Shown one piece after another: positions 1-10,284 of a stretch of 64,000 bases of DNA. The first letter of the stretch is position 1, and the number at the start of each line of letters is the position of its first letter. This DNA comes from an uncultured Chloroflexia bacterium (GTDB lineage Bacteria; Chloroflexota; Dehalococcoidia; DSTF01; JALHUB01). The position numbers and the translations under genes were made by a program. Below the pieces are notes generated by a model that saw only the letters and a program-made list of their open reading frames with translations, was not told the DNA's origin and ran no database searches. The stretch spans positions 224,001 through 288,000 of the forward strand of contig CAVSBT010000015.1 of assembly GCA_963726245.1 (NCBI GenBank), in the 5' to 3' direction.

Positions 1-1321
1 GGTAGGGCCGGTCCGAGGTCATGGCGTCGAACGTGTCCGCCACGGCGAATATGCGGGCCCCAAGCGGTATGTCCTCGCCGGCCAGCGCGCGGGGGTATCC
101 CTTGCCGTCGAAGCGCTCGTGGTGGCTGAGGACGACCTCGGCGGGGCCGCTCAGGAAGTGCACCCCCTTCAGCATCTCGTGCGCGATGGCGGGGTGGCGC
201 CGCATCTCGTCCCACTCCTCGGGGGTGAGGGGCCCCGGCTTGTGAAGGATGAAGTCGGAGACGCCGATCTTGCCCACGTCATGGAGAAGGGCGGCCCGCT
301 TCAGGTCCTCCCAGGCGAGTGTGTCCGGCTGGAACCCCACGCGGCGGGCGATGTCCATGGTGTACTCCATGACGCGGGTGGAGTGGCCCTTGGTCTCCCG
401 GTCCCGGGCGTCCAGGGCGGTGACTAGCGCCTCCAGCGTGCCGTCATAGGTGTTTTTCAGCGTCTCCGTCATCTCCAGGATCTCGCGGTTAGCCTTCTCG
501 AGATCCTCGTTCTTGCGCCGGAGGGCTACCACCGTCTCGGTAGTCCGTCCAACGTACTGCTTGATGGACAGTTGCATCATGATGGGCGGCGCCGCGAAGA
601 CCAGGAGGCCGGTGACGCCGAGGGCGCGGTAGGCCATAGCCAGGGCCAGCCCGAGTAGGCCGAAGACCACGTAATGAGGCAAGATCCAGCGGTCCTTCTC
701 CAGCCAGACGTCGAGCAGCGGGCGGCCGGTGGTCAGGCTCACGACCTGGTCCACCAAGTAGACGTTCACCCCGTAGGCCACGCCGGCCGCCACGAGGGCC
801 GCTGGCAGCATGATGGGTCGTAGATCATCGCGTCCGCTGCCCGCCATGGCCTCGAAGGTGACGGCGGCGAGCGTGATAGCGATAGTGAGGTTCCCGACAT
901 CAAAGGGCAGTCGGATGCTGAAGAAGTTGCGAGGTATGTGCCAGGCCACAATCGCGGTGGGCACGGCTATGACCACCCCGGCTGGGCCGTAGAGGACAGC
1001 CGCCGCGAAGGCAGGTATGAAGCTTACTGATAGGCGGGACTCGCCGTAGATGGGGACGGCAAGGCGGTCTGCAAGAATCGCCAAAAGGGTGAGGAGGGCC
1101 AACCCCGGGGCGTCGGAGGGGTCGAAGTGTGGGGCGTACCAGGCGATGAGCCCCACGCCGGCGGCGCTGACGGCGCCTATGTAGAGGCGGGCCGGCCAGC
1201 TCAGCGGCGGCTGGTCACGCTGCTGCTCAGCCTGCGCGTTGGCGGCCTTGCGGCGCAGAGGACGGGGCTCGGACCCCACTCCCTTGGCGCCCATAGCCCC
1301 AGGCCCTTTATCCAAGCCCAT
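1..1321 (-). CDS. Membrane-anchored HD-GYP phosphodiesterase (N-terminal multi-TM sensor, coiled coil, HD-GYP); 3' end runs off the window
   Basis: Missing from the ORF track (no stop in window). Manual translation gives hydrophobic helices, then DARDRETKGHSTRV, LLHDVGKIG, HHERFDGKGYP, AVADTFDAMTSDRPY. In-frame ATGs at 1321 and 1294. Confidence 0.9.
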   Translation of the reverse strand, partial: MGLDKGPGAMGAKGVGSEPRPLRRKAANAQAEQQRDQPPLSWPARLYIGAVSAAGVGLIAWYAPHFDPSDAPGLALLTLLAILADRLAVPIYGESRLSVSFIPAFAAAVLYGPAGVVIAVPTAIVAWHIPRNFFSIRLPFDVGNLTIAITLAAVTFEAMAGSGRDDLRPIMLPAALVAAGVAYGVNVYLVDQVVSLTTGRPLLDVWLEKDRWILPHYVVFGLLGLALAMAYRALGVTGLLVFAAPPIMMQLSIKQYVGRTTETVVALRRKNEDLEKANREILEMTETLKNTYDGTLEALVTALDARDRETKGHSTRVMEYTMDIARRVGFQPDTLAWEDLKRAALLHDVGKIGVSDFILHKPGPLTPEEWDEMRRHPAIAHEMLKGVHFLSGPAEVVLSHHERFDGKGYPRALAGEDIPLGARIFAVADTFDAMTSDRPY

Positions 1322-1422
1322 AGGGTATGCGCCTAATTCCCTAGCGCCCGGGTCGGGCGGTCGTCCTGGTCACCGGAAGCGACGCCCATCTCGGGACATC
1401 GCTGCCGAGGGTGTCCTAGTAA

Positions 1423-1449
1423 TTATCGGTAGGGTACCCGCTTCATGTA
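1423..1449 (-). promoter_or_regulatory. Sigma-28 (FliA/WhiG)-type promoter of the HD-GYP gene
   Basis: TACA(1449-1446)-N15-ACCGATAA(1430-1423) versus consensus TAAA-N15-GCCGATAA: exact spacing, one mismatch per box. Confidence 0.7.
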
Positions 1450-1543
1450 GGGCGCAACGGCGTCTGGGCCGCGACTCTGACGGCAGGATCGGGGCCCTTG
1501 TGCCGGGATTCTTCTCGAACGATGGCTCACAGGAGGCTGAGGC

Positions 1544-2266
1544 TCAGGCGACCTCCTCCAGGGCGGGCTCCAGCCGGTGGCGCAGGGAAGCCAGGATCTT
1601 CTTGTGAAGCTGGCATATGCGCGACTCCGAGAGCCCCATCAGCGCCCCGATCTCGTGGAAGGGCATGGACTGCCCGTAGCGCATATAGAGGATGGAGCGC
1701 TCCCGTGACGACAGGGTGCCCATGGCGTCCTTCAAGAGACCCAGCGTGGCCCGGTGTTCCGTCGCCGTTGCCGGGTTGCCGAACTCGTCTTCATCGGCGG
1801 GATCCCAGATCAGGCCGGGATTGTCCGGTCGATCCTCCAGGCACTGCTCCAGGGAGACGACTTTGGAGCTTGAGCGAGAGCGGAGGACGTGCAGCTCGTC
1901 CAGGCTTAGGCCGAGGCGCAGCGCGATCTCCTTGTTGGTCGGCCAGCGTCCCAGTTGACAGGCCAGCTCCTGGGAGCCCTGTTCCAGCTCGCGGGCGCTG
2001 CGGCGCACAGAGCGAGGCAGGACGTCCTGCTTGCGGATCGCGTCAAGGATGGAGCCCCGTATGCGTCGCACCGCGAAGCTAGCGAAGCTGGTGCCGCGCT
2101 CGGGGTCAAAGCTGTCGACGGCTTGGATGAGCCCCTCGGTGCCATAGGCCATGGCATCATCTCGATCCAGGCCGTTTCTATTGCTCGTCTCCGATGACAT
2201 CCTGCCGACGACAAAGGCCACCAGCGGCATGTGACGTATGATCATCGCGTCTCGTTCTATCACCAT
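1544..2266 (-). CDS. fliA: FliA/WhiG family RNA polymerase sigma factor (sigma-28)
   Basis: GLIQAVDSFDPERGTSFASFAVRRIRGSILDAIRKQDVLPRSVR (region 2) and EIGALMGLSESRICQLH (region 4). ATG 2266 has a GGAGG RBS. Confidence 0.93.
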   Translation of the reverse strand: MVIERDAMIIRHMPLVAFVVGRMSSETSNRNGLDRDDAMAYGTEGLIQAVDSFDPERGTSFASFAVRRIRGSILDAIRKQDVLPRSVRRSARELEQGSQELACQLGRWPTNKEIALRLGLSLDELHVLRSRSSSKVVSLEQCLEDRPDNPGLIWDPADEDEFGNPATATEHRATLGLLKDAMGTLSSRERSILYMRYGQSMPFHEIGALMGLSESRICQLHKKILASLRHRLEPALEEVA

Positions 2267-2292
2267 CTCGCGCCTCCGGGTCGTCCGAGCGG

Positions 2293-2328
2293 CAAACAAG
2301 AGCCGCCTTCGGAATGACCGACGGCGGC
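2293..2328 (-). terminator. Intrinsic terminator, riboswitch expression platform
   Basis: GCCGCCGTCGG-tcatt-CCGAAGGCGGC hairpin followed by TCTTGTTTG, about 27 nt before the sigma start codon. Confidence 0.75.
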
Positions 2329-2394
2329 AAACCCGTGCCTGATCTCCCTGGCGGTGTGGCGCTAGAGGCGATGATCCTTTCGCCAGTACTATGG

Positions 2395-2497
2395 CCTTCG
2401 GTAGCCCGGCTGCCCTGGCTCCACCGTCCGTGGCGGAGGGAGCCTTAGGTCCGCGGCTTTGCGCCCCCCTCTTTCGAAGGGTTTGCCTTTGTCGGTG
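2395..2497 (-). ncRNA. c-di-GMP-I (GEMM-I) riboswitch aptamer
   Basis: Minus strand: CCGACAAAG-GCAAACCCTTC-GAAA-GAGGGGGGCGCAAAGCCGCGGACCTAAGG...GGGCAGCCGGGCTACCGAAGG. Has GCAAACC, GAAA tetraloop, CGCAAAGC, CTAA receptor, 3' TACCG. The Vc2 G20-equivalent (2487) is G. Confidence 0.93.
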
Positions 2498-2926
2498 CCT
2501 CTCTCTGTTGTCTCGCGGGTGGGTGGCCTATCGACCGTTGCGGCCACTCGCCGAACCCCTTCGAACTTCCAAACGCATCGTAACTTCTTGTGTAACGTGT
2601 TGGGGTGGCCTCGCCGGTAACGGTTTGGTGAAGGCTGCGTCGACCGCTGTCTAGTCGGATACGGCCGGCACGCCTGGCTGCTAATACCATGCTCTGCTAT
2701 CCTGATCTGTGGGGTGGATGGGACGCTTCGGGCCCTGGCCTGGCTCCCTGCGAGCCTTTCGCCGGCGCGGCATAGGGCGCTACAGAGACCATCGATGGGC
2801 GCGTCCCTAGGTCGTGGCCGGCGTGCGGCTGCTGAGGCAGGGTCCTTTCTTCGCAATCCTTCCACGCGAGCCAATCCGACCCTGTAAGAGGCCCTGCGGC
2901 TGGTCGACAACTACTCAGAGGGTGCT

Positions 2927-3622
2927 GTGAGGAGAGAACCTCTCACCAGGCAGGTGCAGAAGCAGCAGACGCGGGCTCTGCTCGTCAATGCTGCGCTGCG
3001 TGTCTTCGCCGAGCATGGCTACGAAGCGGCTACGGTGGAGGAGATCTCCGCCGCGGCCGGCTACTCCAAGGGGGCCTTCTACTTTCACTTCGGCAGCAAG
3101 GAAGACATCTTCTTGGAACTGCTGAAGCAGTGGACCGGCGAGCAGAGGGAGCGCCTGACAGCTTTCGACGACGCCACGCCGGCGGCAGCCGCTCTCTTGG
3201 AGGGCCTGGAGAGCTTCCTCTCCTACGAGGAGCGCGAGATTGTCTGGCCACGCCTGCTGGTGGAGTTCTGGGCTCAGGCCCGGCACCAAGAGGCCATCCG
3301 CCGTGGTCTGGGTCAGGCCTACGCAGCCTGGCGCCGGCTTCTGGCGCAGGCCTTCCGTCGCGCCGGCGACGCCGGGCTTCTCTCGCCGCAGTTCGAGCCG
3401 GACGACGCCGCTCGGCTGGTCCTGTCCACCCACGATGGGCTGGTTGTGGAGGCCTGCATCGACCCCGCGGCTGCCGGGAAGGTCTCTCTGCGGCGGGTGC
3501 TGGGTGCCCTGCTCGCCTATCTAGCCTCGCCCGCCGCCAAGGAGCTGCCTGAGGCGGCCCGACCGCTGGCTACAAAGAAGTCCGCGGCTGGGGCCCGCCG
3601 CTCTCGATCCTCCGCCGCCTGA
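2927..3622 (+). CDS. TetR/AcrR family transcriptional regulator
   Basis: N-terminal HTH: ATVEEISAAAGYSKGAFYFHFGSKEDIF. Confidence 0.92.
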   Translation: MRREPLTRQVQKQQTRALLVNAALRVFAEHGYEAATVEEISAAAGYSKGAFYFHFGSKEDIFLELLKQWTGEQRERLTAFDDATPAAAALLEGLESFLSYEEREIVWPRLLVEFWAQARHQEAIRRGLGQAYAAWRRLLAQAFRRAGDAGLLSPQFEPDDAARLVLSTHDGLVVEACIDPAAAGKVSLRRVLGALLAYLASPAAKELPEAARPLATKKSAAGARRSRSSAA

Positions 3623-3779
3623 TACCGCCACCCGCCGTGACCCATCCTGGAGTGCGCCTGCCGATCCCGTGGTATAGTTGCGTGTCGAAGCCCGTACTTG
3701 GCATGATCATGCGTGCCCTAGCCTCGCTGGAGGCGCGGGCCATGGCCTGCGGGCGGTCTGGCTCGGTGTGACAAGCGGC

Positions 3780-4424
3780 ATGAGCTGGGAAGAGGAGAAA
3801 CAGGAAGTCATCGCGGCCTGCCGGCGCATCGTCGCCGCGGGGTTGGTGGCGGGCGCCAGCGGCAACGTTAGCCGCCGAGTCGAGGGCTCCGATGGGGCGC
3901 CGCTCGTGGCCATCACGCCCAGCCGCGTGCCCTACGAACGCCTGACCGCTGGCGACATCCTGGTCATCGACTTCGAGGGGGACCCTGTGGAAGGGGAGGG
4001 CGAGCCCTCCAGCGAGACGCCGGCTCATCTGGCCGTCTATCGGGCCCGCGCCGACGTGGGGGCCGTCATCCATACCCACTCGATCTACGCCAGCGCCCTG
4101 GCGGTGGCGGGCCTGGAGATACCGCCGCTTCTCGACGAGCAGGTGGTGGCCCTGGGCGGCTCCGTCCCCATCGCCGGGTACGCCATGTCCGCGAGCCAGG
4201 AGCTCGCCAATAAGGCCTGCGCGGCCCTCGGCGAGGGCAACGCCGTCCTCCTGCGAAACCATGGCGTTCTGGGCGTGGGCGCCGACCTGGAGGAGGCCGC
4301 CTCCGTCTGCGAGCTGGTCGAGCGGCTGGCCCAGGTGTACGTGCTGGCGCTTGGGCTGGGACGGGTCGCGCCCCTGGCCGGGCATGTGGTCGAGGCGGAG
4401 AAGAAGATATTTCGCCAAACATGA
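3780..4424 (+). CDS. Class II aldolase/adducin family (L-fuculose-1-phosphate aldolase-like)
   Basis: GNVSRR, PSSETPAHLAVY, HTHS and LRNHG zinc ligands. Confidence 0.9.
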   Translation: MSWEEEKQEVIAACRRIVAAGLVAGASGNVSRRVEGSDGAPLVAITPSRVPYERLTAGDILVIDFEGDPVEGEGEPSSETPAHLAVYRARADVGAVIHTHSIYASALAVAGLEIPPLLDEQVVALGGSVPIAGYAMSASQELANKACAALGEGNAVLLRNHGVLGVGADLEEAASVCELVERLAQVYVLALGLGRVAPLAGHVVEAEKKIFRQT

Positions 4425-5269
4425 GCCCCGTGGAGCCCATCGACTTCATAGAGCGCTGGCGGCGCATCATCGAAGAGCGCAGGCTTCAGACGGACGCCGC
4501 CTACGCCCGCCTGGGCCGCACCACCGCCGACTACTGGGCGCGCCGCGCCGGCCGCTTCGCCGCCTTCAGCCGCGAGTCCCGCCCCGACCCGTTCCTGGAG
4601 AAGGTGCTCGCCTTCGTCGACGGCCGCTCCACGGTGCTGGACGTGGGAGCCGGCACCGGCCGCCACTCGGTGCCGCTGGCGCACGTGGCGAAGCGGGTCC
4701 TGGCAGTCGAGCCGTCGGCGGCTATGGCCTCTCGCCTGCGGGAGTGGGCGCAGAATGAAGGTCTGGGCAACATCGAGGTCATCGAGGGCGCCTGGCCCGA
4801 TGTTGACGTCCCTGCCTGCGACGTGGCCATCTCCTCCCACGTGCTCTACCCGGTGGCGGAGGTGGAGCCCTTCCTGCGCAGGCTGGACGCCTCGGCGCGG
4901 CGCCACTGCTTCCTCTGGCTCCACGACGGCCAGATGGCCCTGGAGTCGCTGGGGCTCTGGGAGCGCTTCCACGGGGAGCCACGCGCCCGCCAGCCCACCG
5001 TCCGCGACGCGCTGCCCGTCCTCTGGCAGATGGGCCTGCGCCCCAATCTGGAGATGAAAACCCTGCCTGAGAGCTGGTCGTGGGAGAGCATGGACGAGGC
5101 GGCCGGGCACTTTCGCGAGCACCTGGCTATCCCGGAGGACGAGGCCACGGAGGCACGGCTGCGGGAGATGCTGACCGCTGCCCTCGTGCAGCGCGAGGGC
5201 CGCCTCCACCTGCCGAGGACGACGTACCGGTCGGCCATCGTGTGGTGGGAGAAGGAGGGAGCGCCATGA
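4421..5269 (+). CDS. Class I SAM-dependent methyltransferase
   Basis: VLDVGAGTG motif I and AVEPS motif II; ATGA overlap with the upstream gene. Confidence 0.88.
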   Translation: MSPVEPIDFIERWRRIIEERRLQTDAAYARLGRTTADYWARRAGRFAAFSRESRPDPFLEKVLAFVDGRSTVLDVGAGTGRHSVPLAHVAKRVLAVEPSAAMASRLREWAQNEGLGNIEVIEGAWPDVDVPACDVAISSHVLYPVAEVEPFLRRLDASARRHCFLWLHDGQMALESLGLWERFHGEPRARQPTVRDALPVLWQMGLRPNLEMKTLPESWSWESMDEAAGHFREHLAIPEDEATEARLREMLTAALVQREGRLHLPRTTYRSAIVWWEKEGAP

Positions 5270-6852
5270 CCAGCCTTCCGCCCCACATAGCCGCCCTCCT
5301 CTCGCCGGAGGCGTACCCCCACAAGGTGGGGCGGGTCGACCTCGTCCAGACCCATATCTCCTACGTCTTCCTGGCCGGCGACTTCGTCTACAAGGTGAAG
5401 AAGCCCGTTGACCTGGGCTTCCTGGACTTCACCACTCTGGAGAAGCGACATCACTTCTGCCAGGAGGAGGTGCGACTCAACCGGCGCCTCTGCCCCGGCA
5501 TCTACCTGGGCGTGGTGCCCGTCGCCTACGTCGAGGGCAAGGCAGCGGTCGATGGCGGCGGGCACGGTGGTCGACTACGCCGTCAAGATGAAGCGCCTGC
5601 CGGATGAGCGCATGATGGACCACCTGCTGGAGAAGGACGCCGTCACCGCCGAGATGGTGCGCGGCCTGGCGCGGCGGCTCGCCGAGTTCCACGCCTCGGC
5701 GGAGACGGGGCCGGAGATCGAGGCCTTCGGCGGCCTGGACGATCATCACCGGCAACTGGCGCGAGAACTTCGAGCAGACGGAGCCCTATGTCGGCCGCAC
5801 CATCACCGCTCGCCGGTTCCAGGAGACCCGCGAGTACGTGGAGGGCTTCCTCGCCCAGGAGAGGGACCTGTTCGAGGCGCGGGTGCGCGAGGGCCGCGTC
5901 CGCGACTGCCACGGCGACCTGCGGGCGGACGCCGTCTGCTTCCAGGACGGCATCTGCATCTTCGATTGCATCGAGTTCAACCAGCGCTTTCGCTACTCGG
6001 ACGTGGCCTCCGACCTGGCCTTCCTGGCGATGGACCTGGACTTCCGCGGCCGGCCCGCCATGTCCGACGAGCTGGTGGGCCTCTACCTGGAGATGTCCGG
6101 CGACAGCACGCTTCCGCTGGTGCTGGACTTCTACAAGTGCTACCGGGCCTACGTGCGGGGCAAGGTGGAGGGCTTCCTGCTCGACGCGCCGGAGGTGCCG
6201 GCGGCCCAGAAGTCGGCGGCGCGCGGGCGGGCCCGCGCCTACTTCCGTCTGGCCCACGGCTACGCGCGGCGGCGCACGCCGTGCACGCTGGTCAACATGG
6301 TCGGCCTCAGCGGCACGCGGCAAGAGCTTCCTGGCGAACGCCCTGGCCGCTCGACTGGGCGCCGTCGTCATCTCGTCCGACGTCGTGCGCAAGCGGCTGG
6401 CGGGCGTCGAGCCGACGGAGCGGCACATCGAGCCCTGGGCGCGGGGGATCTACGCGCCGGAGCGGACGGAGCGCACCTACGAGGCGATGCTGGAGGAGGC
6501 GGAGCCGCACCTGGAGCGCGGCCGGCCGGTCATCCTCGACGCCACCTTCCTGTTGCGAAGGCACCGCGAGGCGGCGAGGGAGCTGGCGCGTCGGCGGGGT
6601 GCCCGCTACCTGGCAGTGGAGTGCCTGGCCGACGAGTCGCTGGCCCGCGAGCGGCTGGCGCGGCGGTCCGAGGACCCCTGGACGGCCTCCGATGGCCGCT
6701 GGGAGATCTTCGCTGCCCAGCGAGAGCACTTCGAGCCGCTGACAGAGGTGTCGAAGCGCGAGCTGCTGCGGGTGGACACGGCGCGGTCGCTAGGGGAGCA
6801 GCTTGACATAATCGTGGCCCGCACCGTTGGGCGTCGCGGGAGAGTCTGTTGA
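5266..6852 (+). CDS. Bifunctional aminoglycoside-phosphotransferase-like kinase / AAA_33 P-loop kinase (indels near 5560, 5742, 6318)
   Basis: QTHISYVFLAGDFVYKVKKPV, DCHGDL, FDCIEFN, then GLSGxGKS, SSDVVRKRL and ILDATF spread across frames. Confidence 0.85.
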
Positions 6853-6962
6853 TAAGCCCTCCAGTCCTGTCACCCTGAGCGAAGCGAAGGGTCTCTGTGA
6901 ACCAGATTCTTCGCTGCGCTCAGAATGACAGGAGTGGCACAAGGGCCTTTTTTCAAGAAGCC
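6843..6962. repeat. Composite REP/MITE-like inverted-repeat element between convergent genes
   Basis: Inner arms 6865-6894 TCCTGTCACCCTGAGCGAAGCGAAGGGTCT and 6904-6933 AGATTCTTCGCTGCGCTCAGAATGACAGGA; imperfect outer arms CTGTTGATAAGCCCT / AGGGCCTTTTTTCAAGAAG. Confidence 0.75.
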
Positions 6963-6977
6963 CCGGAGATGAGGGCG

Positions 6978-9900
6978 CTATAGGCCGCCTACCATCTCCT
7001 CCGCCATCTCCACGTGCTTGGGCATGCCGATCTGGCGGTACATGGCGATGGCTTCCGTGAGCAGCTCGCGGGCCTTGCTCGCGGTCGCCGGGGGCGTCGC
7101 GGTCGATGAGCATGCGGGCGTACCAGCGCCGCACCTCCGGCTGCTCGATGACGATCGGTATCTCATGGGCCTGGCGCAGGGCCGTCTGGTAGTGCTCCTC
7201 CGCCTTCTCCCACTGGCCGCCGGCACGCCGCCGCGATGCCGGCCACGGTCTGAAAGAGCGGACAACCAGACACGAGGGGGCCGGAATCGATGGCCTCCAG
7301 GACCAGGGGGTAGAGCTTCGCGGCCTCCTCTCGTTCACCGAGGACGGCCAGCCCTTCGACCGCCGCGAAGAGCATCCCCAGGCGCCCACGGTGTTGGCGC
7401 GGCCGGGGCGCGGAAGGCCTTTCCGCCGCTCCTCCAGCGCGGCCAGGGCTGCATCCTTGTCGCCCATGTACCCCTGGCACAGGAAGAGCCCGGCCCAGTC
7501 GTCACCCGGCCAGCACGCCCGGGGGCTCCAGCCTGGCGCGCCTCCTGGAAGCTCTCCAGCGCCTGGTCCCAGCGGCCCCTCCAGAAATGCGCCAGGCCAA
7601 GGTAGGTGTAGGAGTTGGAGACCCAGGGCATGCCGGCGCTGCGACATAGCTCCAGGTCCGCCCTGGCGAACTCCTCGAATCTGTCGATGTCGCCCGTCAG
7701 GCTGAGATCGTTGAAGCCGCTACCGCGCCTGACCGCCAGGAGGGCCTGCAGGTGGCCCAGGCGCTCGGCCAGCGGCTCCGCCTCCTCGGCTATCCTGGCG
7801 GCTTCATCGAAGCGGCCGAGAAAACCGAGGGCGTACTGGGTGCCGTACAGCGTGTCGGCCAGAACCCAGAGGTCGCCGGCGGAGCGCAAGAGCTCGGCCG
7901 CCCGCAGGCCGGCGTCGACCGCTTCCCGCGGCTGCAGGTACCACAGGTTCATGTTTGCCCTCGCTGACAGGACGTATCCGAGCAGTCGCTCGTCGCCCAA
8001 CTCCTGGCCCATGGCCAGGGCCCGGTCCAGCGGCGGCTGGGCGGCATCATAATCGCCGCAATAGTACAGGAGCACGCCCTCGATCATTAGGAGGCGGCAG
8101 CGGGCGACGCTCGCCTCCTCGCCCACGGAGGCGAGGCCGCGGCGGGCGACCTCTAACCCTTCGTCCCAGCGGGCTGCATAGGCCAGCAGTGCGCCTAACC
8201 CGTTGCAGACGCGGGCCAGCGCCTGGGCGTCGCCCAGCTTCTCGTAGGTGTCCAGCGCCTCCCGCCAGTCAGTCAGCGCCTCCTCCCAGCGGCCCAGGCT
8301 GCGCAGGGCCAGCCCCCGCTTGAAGAGCAGGTCGGCCCGCGCCCGCCGGTCTTCGGCTGGCTGCAAGGAGAGGGCGTTCTCGTAGTGGCGCAGGGCGTCC
8401 TCGAAGGCGGCGGCAGCGAGGGCCTGGTCGCCAGCCAGCGCCAGGTAGCGCACCGTCTTCTCGGGGTCGGCGGCGGCCCCGGCCTGGTTGAGGTGGTAGG
8501 CCAGGTCGGCGGCGTGCTCTTCGATGGACCGGGCAGTAGGCCCGCTCGATGGCCTCCGCCACCCGCAGGTGCAGCCGCTGGCGTCGGGGCAGGGACAGAG
8601 CGCTGACCAGCGTCTGGCGGATCAGCTCGTGGGTGAAGGTGAAGCGGGCTTGGGGACCGTCGCTGGCGGCGGTGATAAGGCGGGCCCGCTCCGCCTCGTC
8701 GACGGCGTCCAGCAGGGCATCTGTCTGAACCTCGCCCAGAGCATCGAGCAGCTCGAAGCTGAAGCCACGGCCGATAACGGCGGCGGCGGTGAGTACCCGC
8801 CGGCAGTCCTCGCAGACGCGCTCCAGCCGACGGCCGATGACCAGGCGGACCCCCTCCGGCACGTCCAGCTCGCCTACGCGGAGGTCTGCGCGCCAGCGGC
8901 CCTGGGCGTCGAACAGCTTGCCCTCCTCGGCCAGGTGCTGGAACACCTCCTCCACGAAGAAGGGGTTGCCCTCCGTCTCAGCGTAGACGGCCTGCACCAG
9001 CGGGGCGGGCGGCTCCTGGCCGCTCAGGGCCCGGAGCATGGCCGCCACGCCGTCTTGGGGCAGCCGCCTGAGGGCGATGCGGTGGGCCAGGCGCTGGCGG
9101 AGGAGGCCCTCCAGGGCCCTGGCCAGGGGGCGGCCCACGTCCAGCTCCACGTCTCGGTAGGTGCCCAGGATGAGGACGGGCACCTCGCGGAGCTGCTGAG
9201 CGATGTGCTGGAGCAGCAGGAGGGTGGAGTCGTCGGCCCAGTGCAGGTCGTCCAGCACGAGGAGGAGAGGCTGGGCTCGGGCGGCACGCGCCAGGAACTC
9301 CCGCACACTGTTCAACAGGTAGTGGCGTTCCTGCTCCGGTGGCAGCTCCAGGGGCGGCGGTATGTCGGGAAAGAGGCGGCGCAGCTCCGGCAGGAGCTTG
9401 GCCACCTCCGGCGCCGAATCGCCCAGGGTCTCGCGGAGGGCCGGCGGCGCGATCACCTGGGCCGCGCTCTCCAGGATCTCCACGAAGGCGATGTAGGGCG
9501 GCGCCCCTTCCATCTCGTAGCAGTGGCCGCTCCAGGCCAGTGCTCCGCGCTGGCGGGCCTCGGCCATCAGCTCCTCGGCCAGCCGCGTCTTGCCGACACC
9601 GGGCTCGCCGCCGATCATGACCAGGGCGCCCTGGCCGCGAATCGACTGGTCCAAGAGGCGGCGCAGGTCGGCCCGCTCCGCCTCCCGCCCCACAAAGGGC
9701 GTGCGTTCAGCAACCGCCGGCCCGGCAGTCGGGGCCTCCTTCCGCCAGACGACCTCGTACAGGCGCCACCGCTCCGGGAAGCCCTTGAGGCGGAAGCGGC
9801 CGCGGTCGACCAGTTCCACGTTCTTGGGACGTCCCAGGACCGCCCGCACAGCCTCGGATATCAGTATCTGGCCGCCCTTGGCCTTGGCCGCAACGCGAGC

Positions 9901-10284
9901 AGCGGCATTCACCGTCTCGCCAAAGAGGTCCCGGTCCTCCTCGATGACCTCGCCGGTGTTCAGGCCGATGCGCACCCGCACTTGGTCATCCGCAGGTTGC
10001 CGCAGGTTGTGCCCATAGAGCGCTCGCTGAATGGACGCGGCGCAGGCCACGGCACGCCGCGCCGACCCGAAGGCCACCATGAAGCCGTCACCTATCGACT
10101 TCACCTCGCAGCCGCTGTGCTGCCCCACTTGCTGCCGCACTAGCTCGCGCTGGGCGCGGAGGATCGCGTGGGCGACATCATCGCCCCGGCGTGTCGTCAG
10201 GTCAGTGGAGCCCTCAACGTCGGTGAAGAGGACGGTAACGGTGCCCTCGGGAAGATCCTGAGCCACGGCAGATGATCCCCGCAC
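6978..10284 (-). CDS. Class III adenylate cyclase + STAND (AAA_16) ATPase + TPR-like repeats (several indels, about 8535 and 7540-7080)
   Basis: FTDVEGST, KSIGDGFM, DLFGETVNAAAR; Walker A GEPGVGKT; Walker B LLVLDDLHWAD; TEGNPFFVEE. Helical repeats continue in other frames to IAMYRQIGMPKHVEMAE. Confidence 0.85.

Noticed and set aside
2479-2495. cGAMP-selective GEMM-Ib variant
   Set aside because: The specificity position is G, not A.
2527-2553. Possible autoregulatory sigma-28 promoter (TCGG-N15-GTCGATAG, minus strand) upstream of the riboswitch
   Set aside because: The -35 box matches TAAA at only 1 of 4 positions; position is plausible but the match is too weak.
6847-6855. TGT-TGA (possible C-U) at the end of the kinase gene
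   Set aside because: It lies in the repeat's outer arm, is followed directly by TAA, and has no redox motif.
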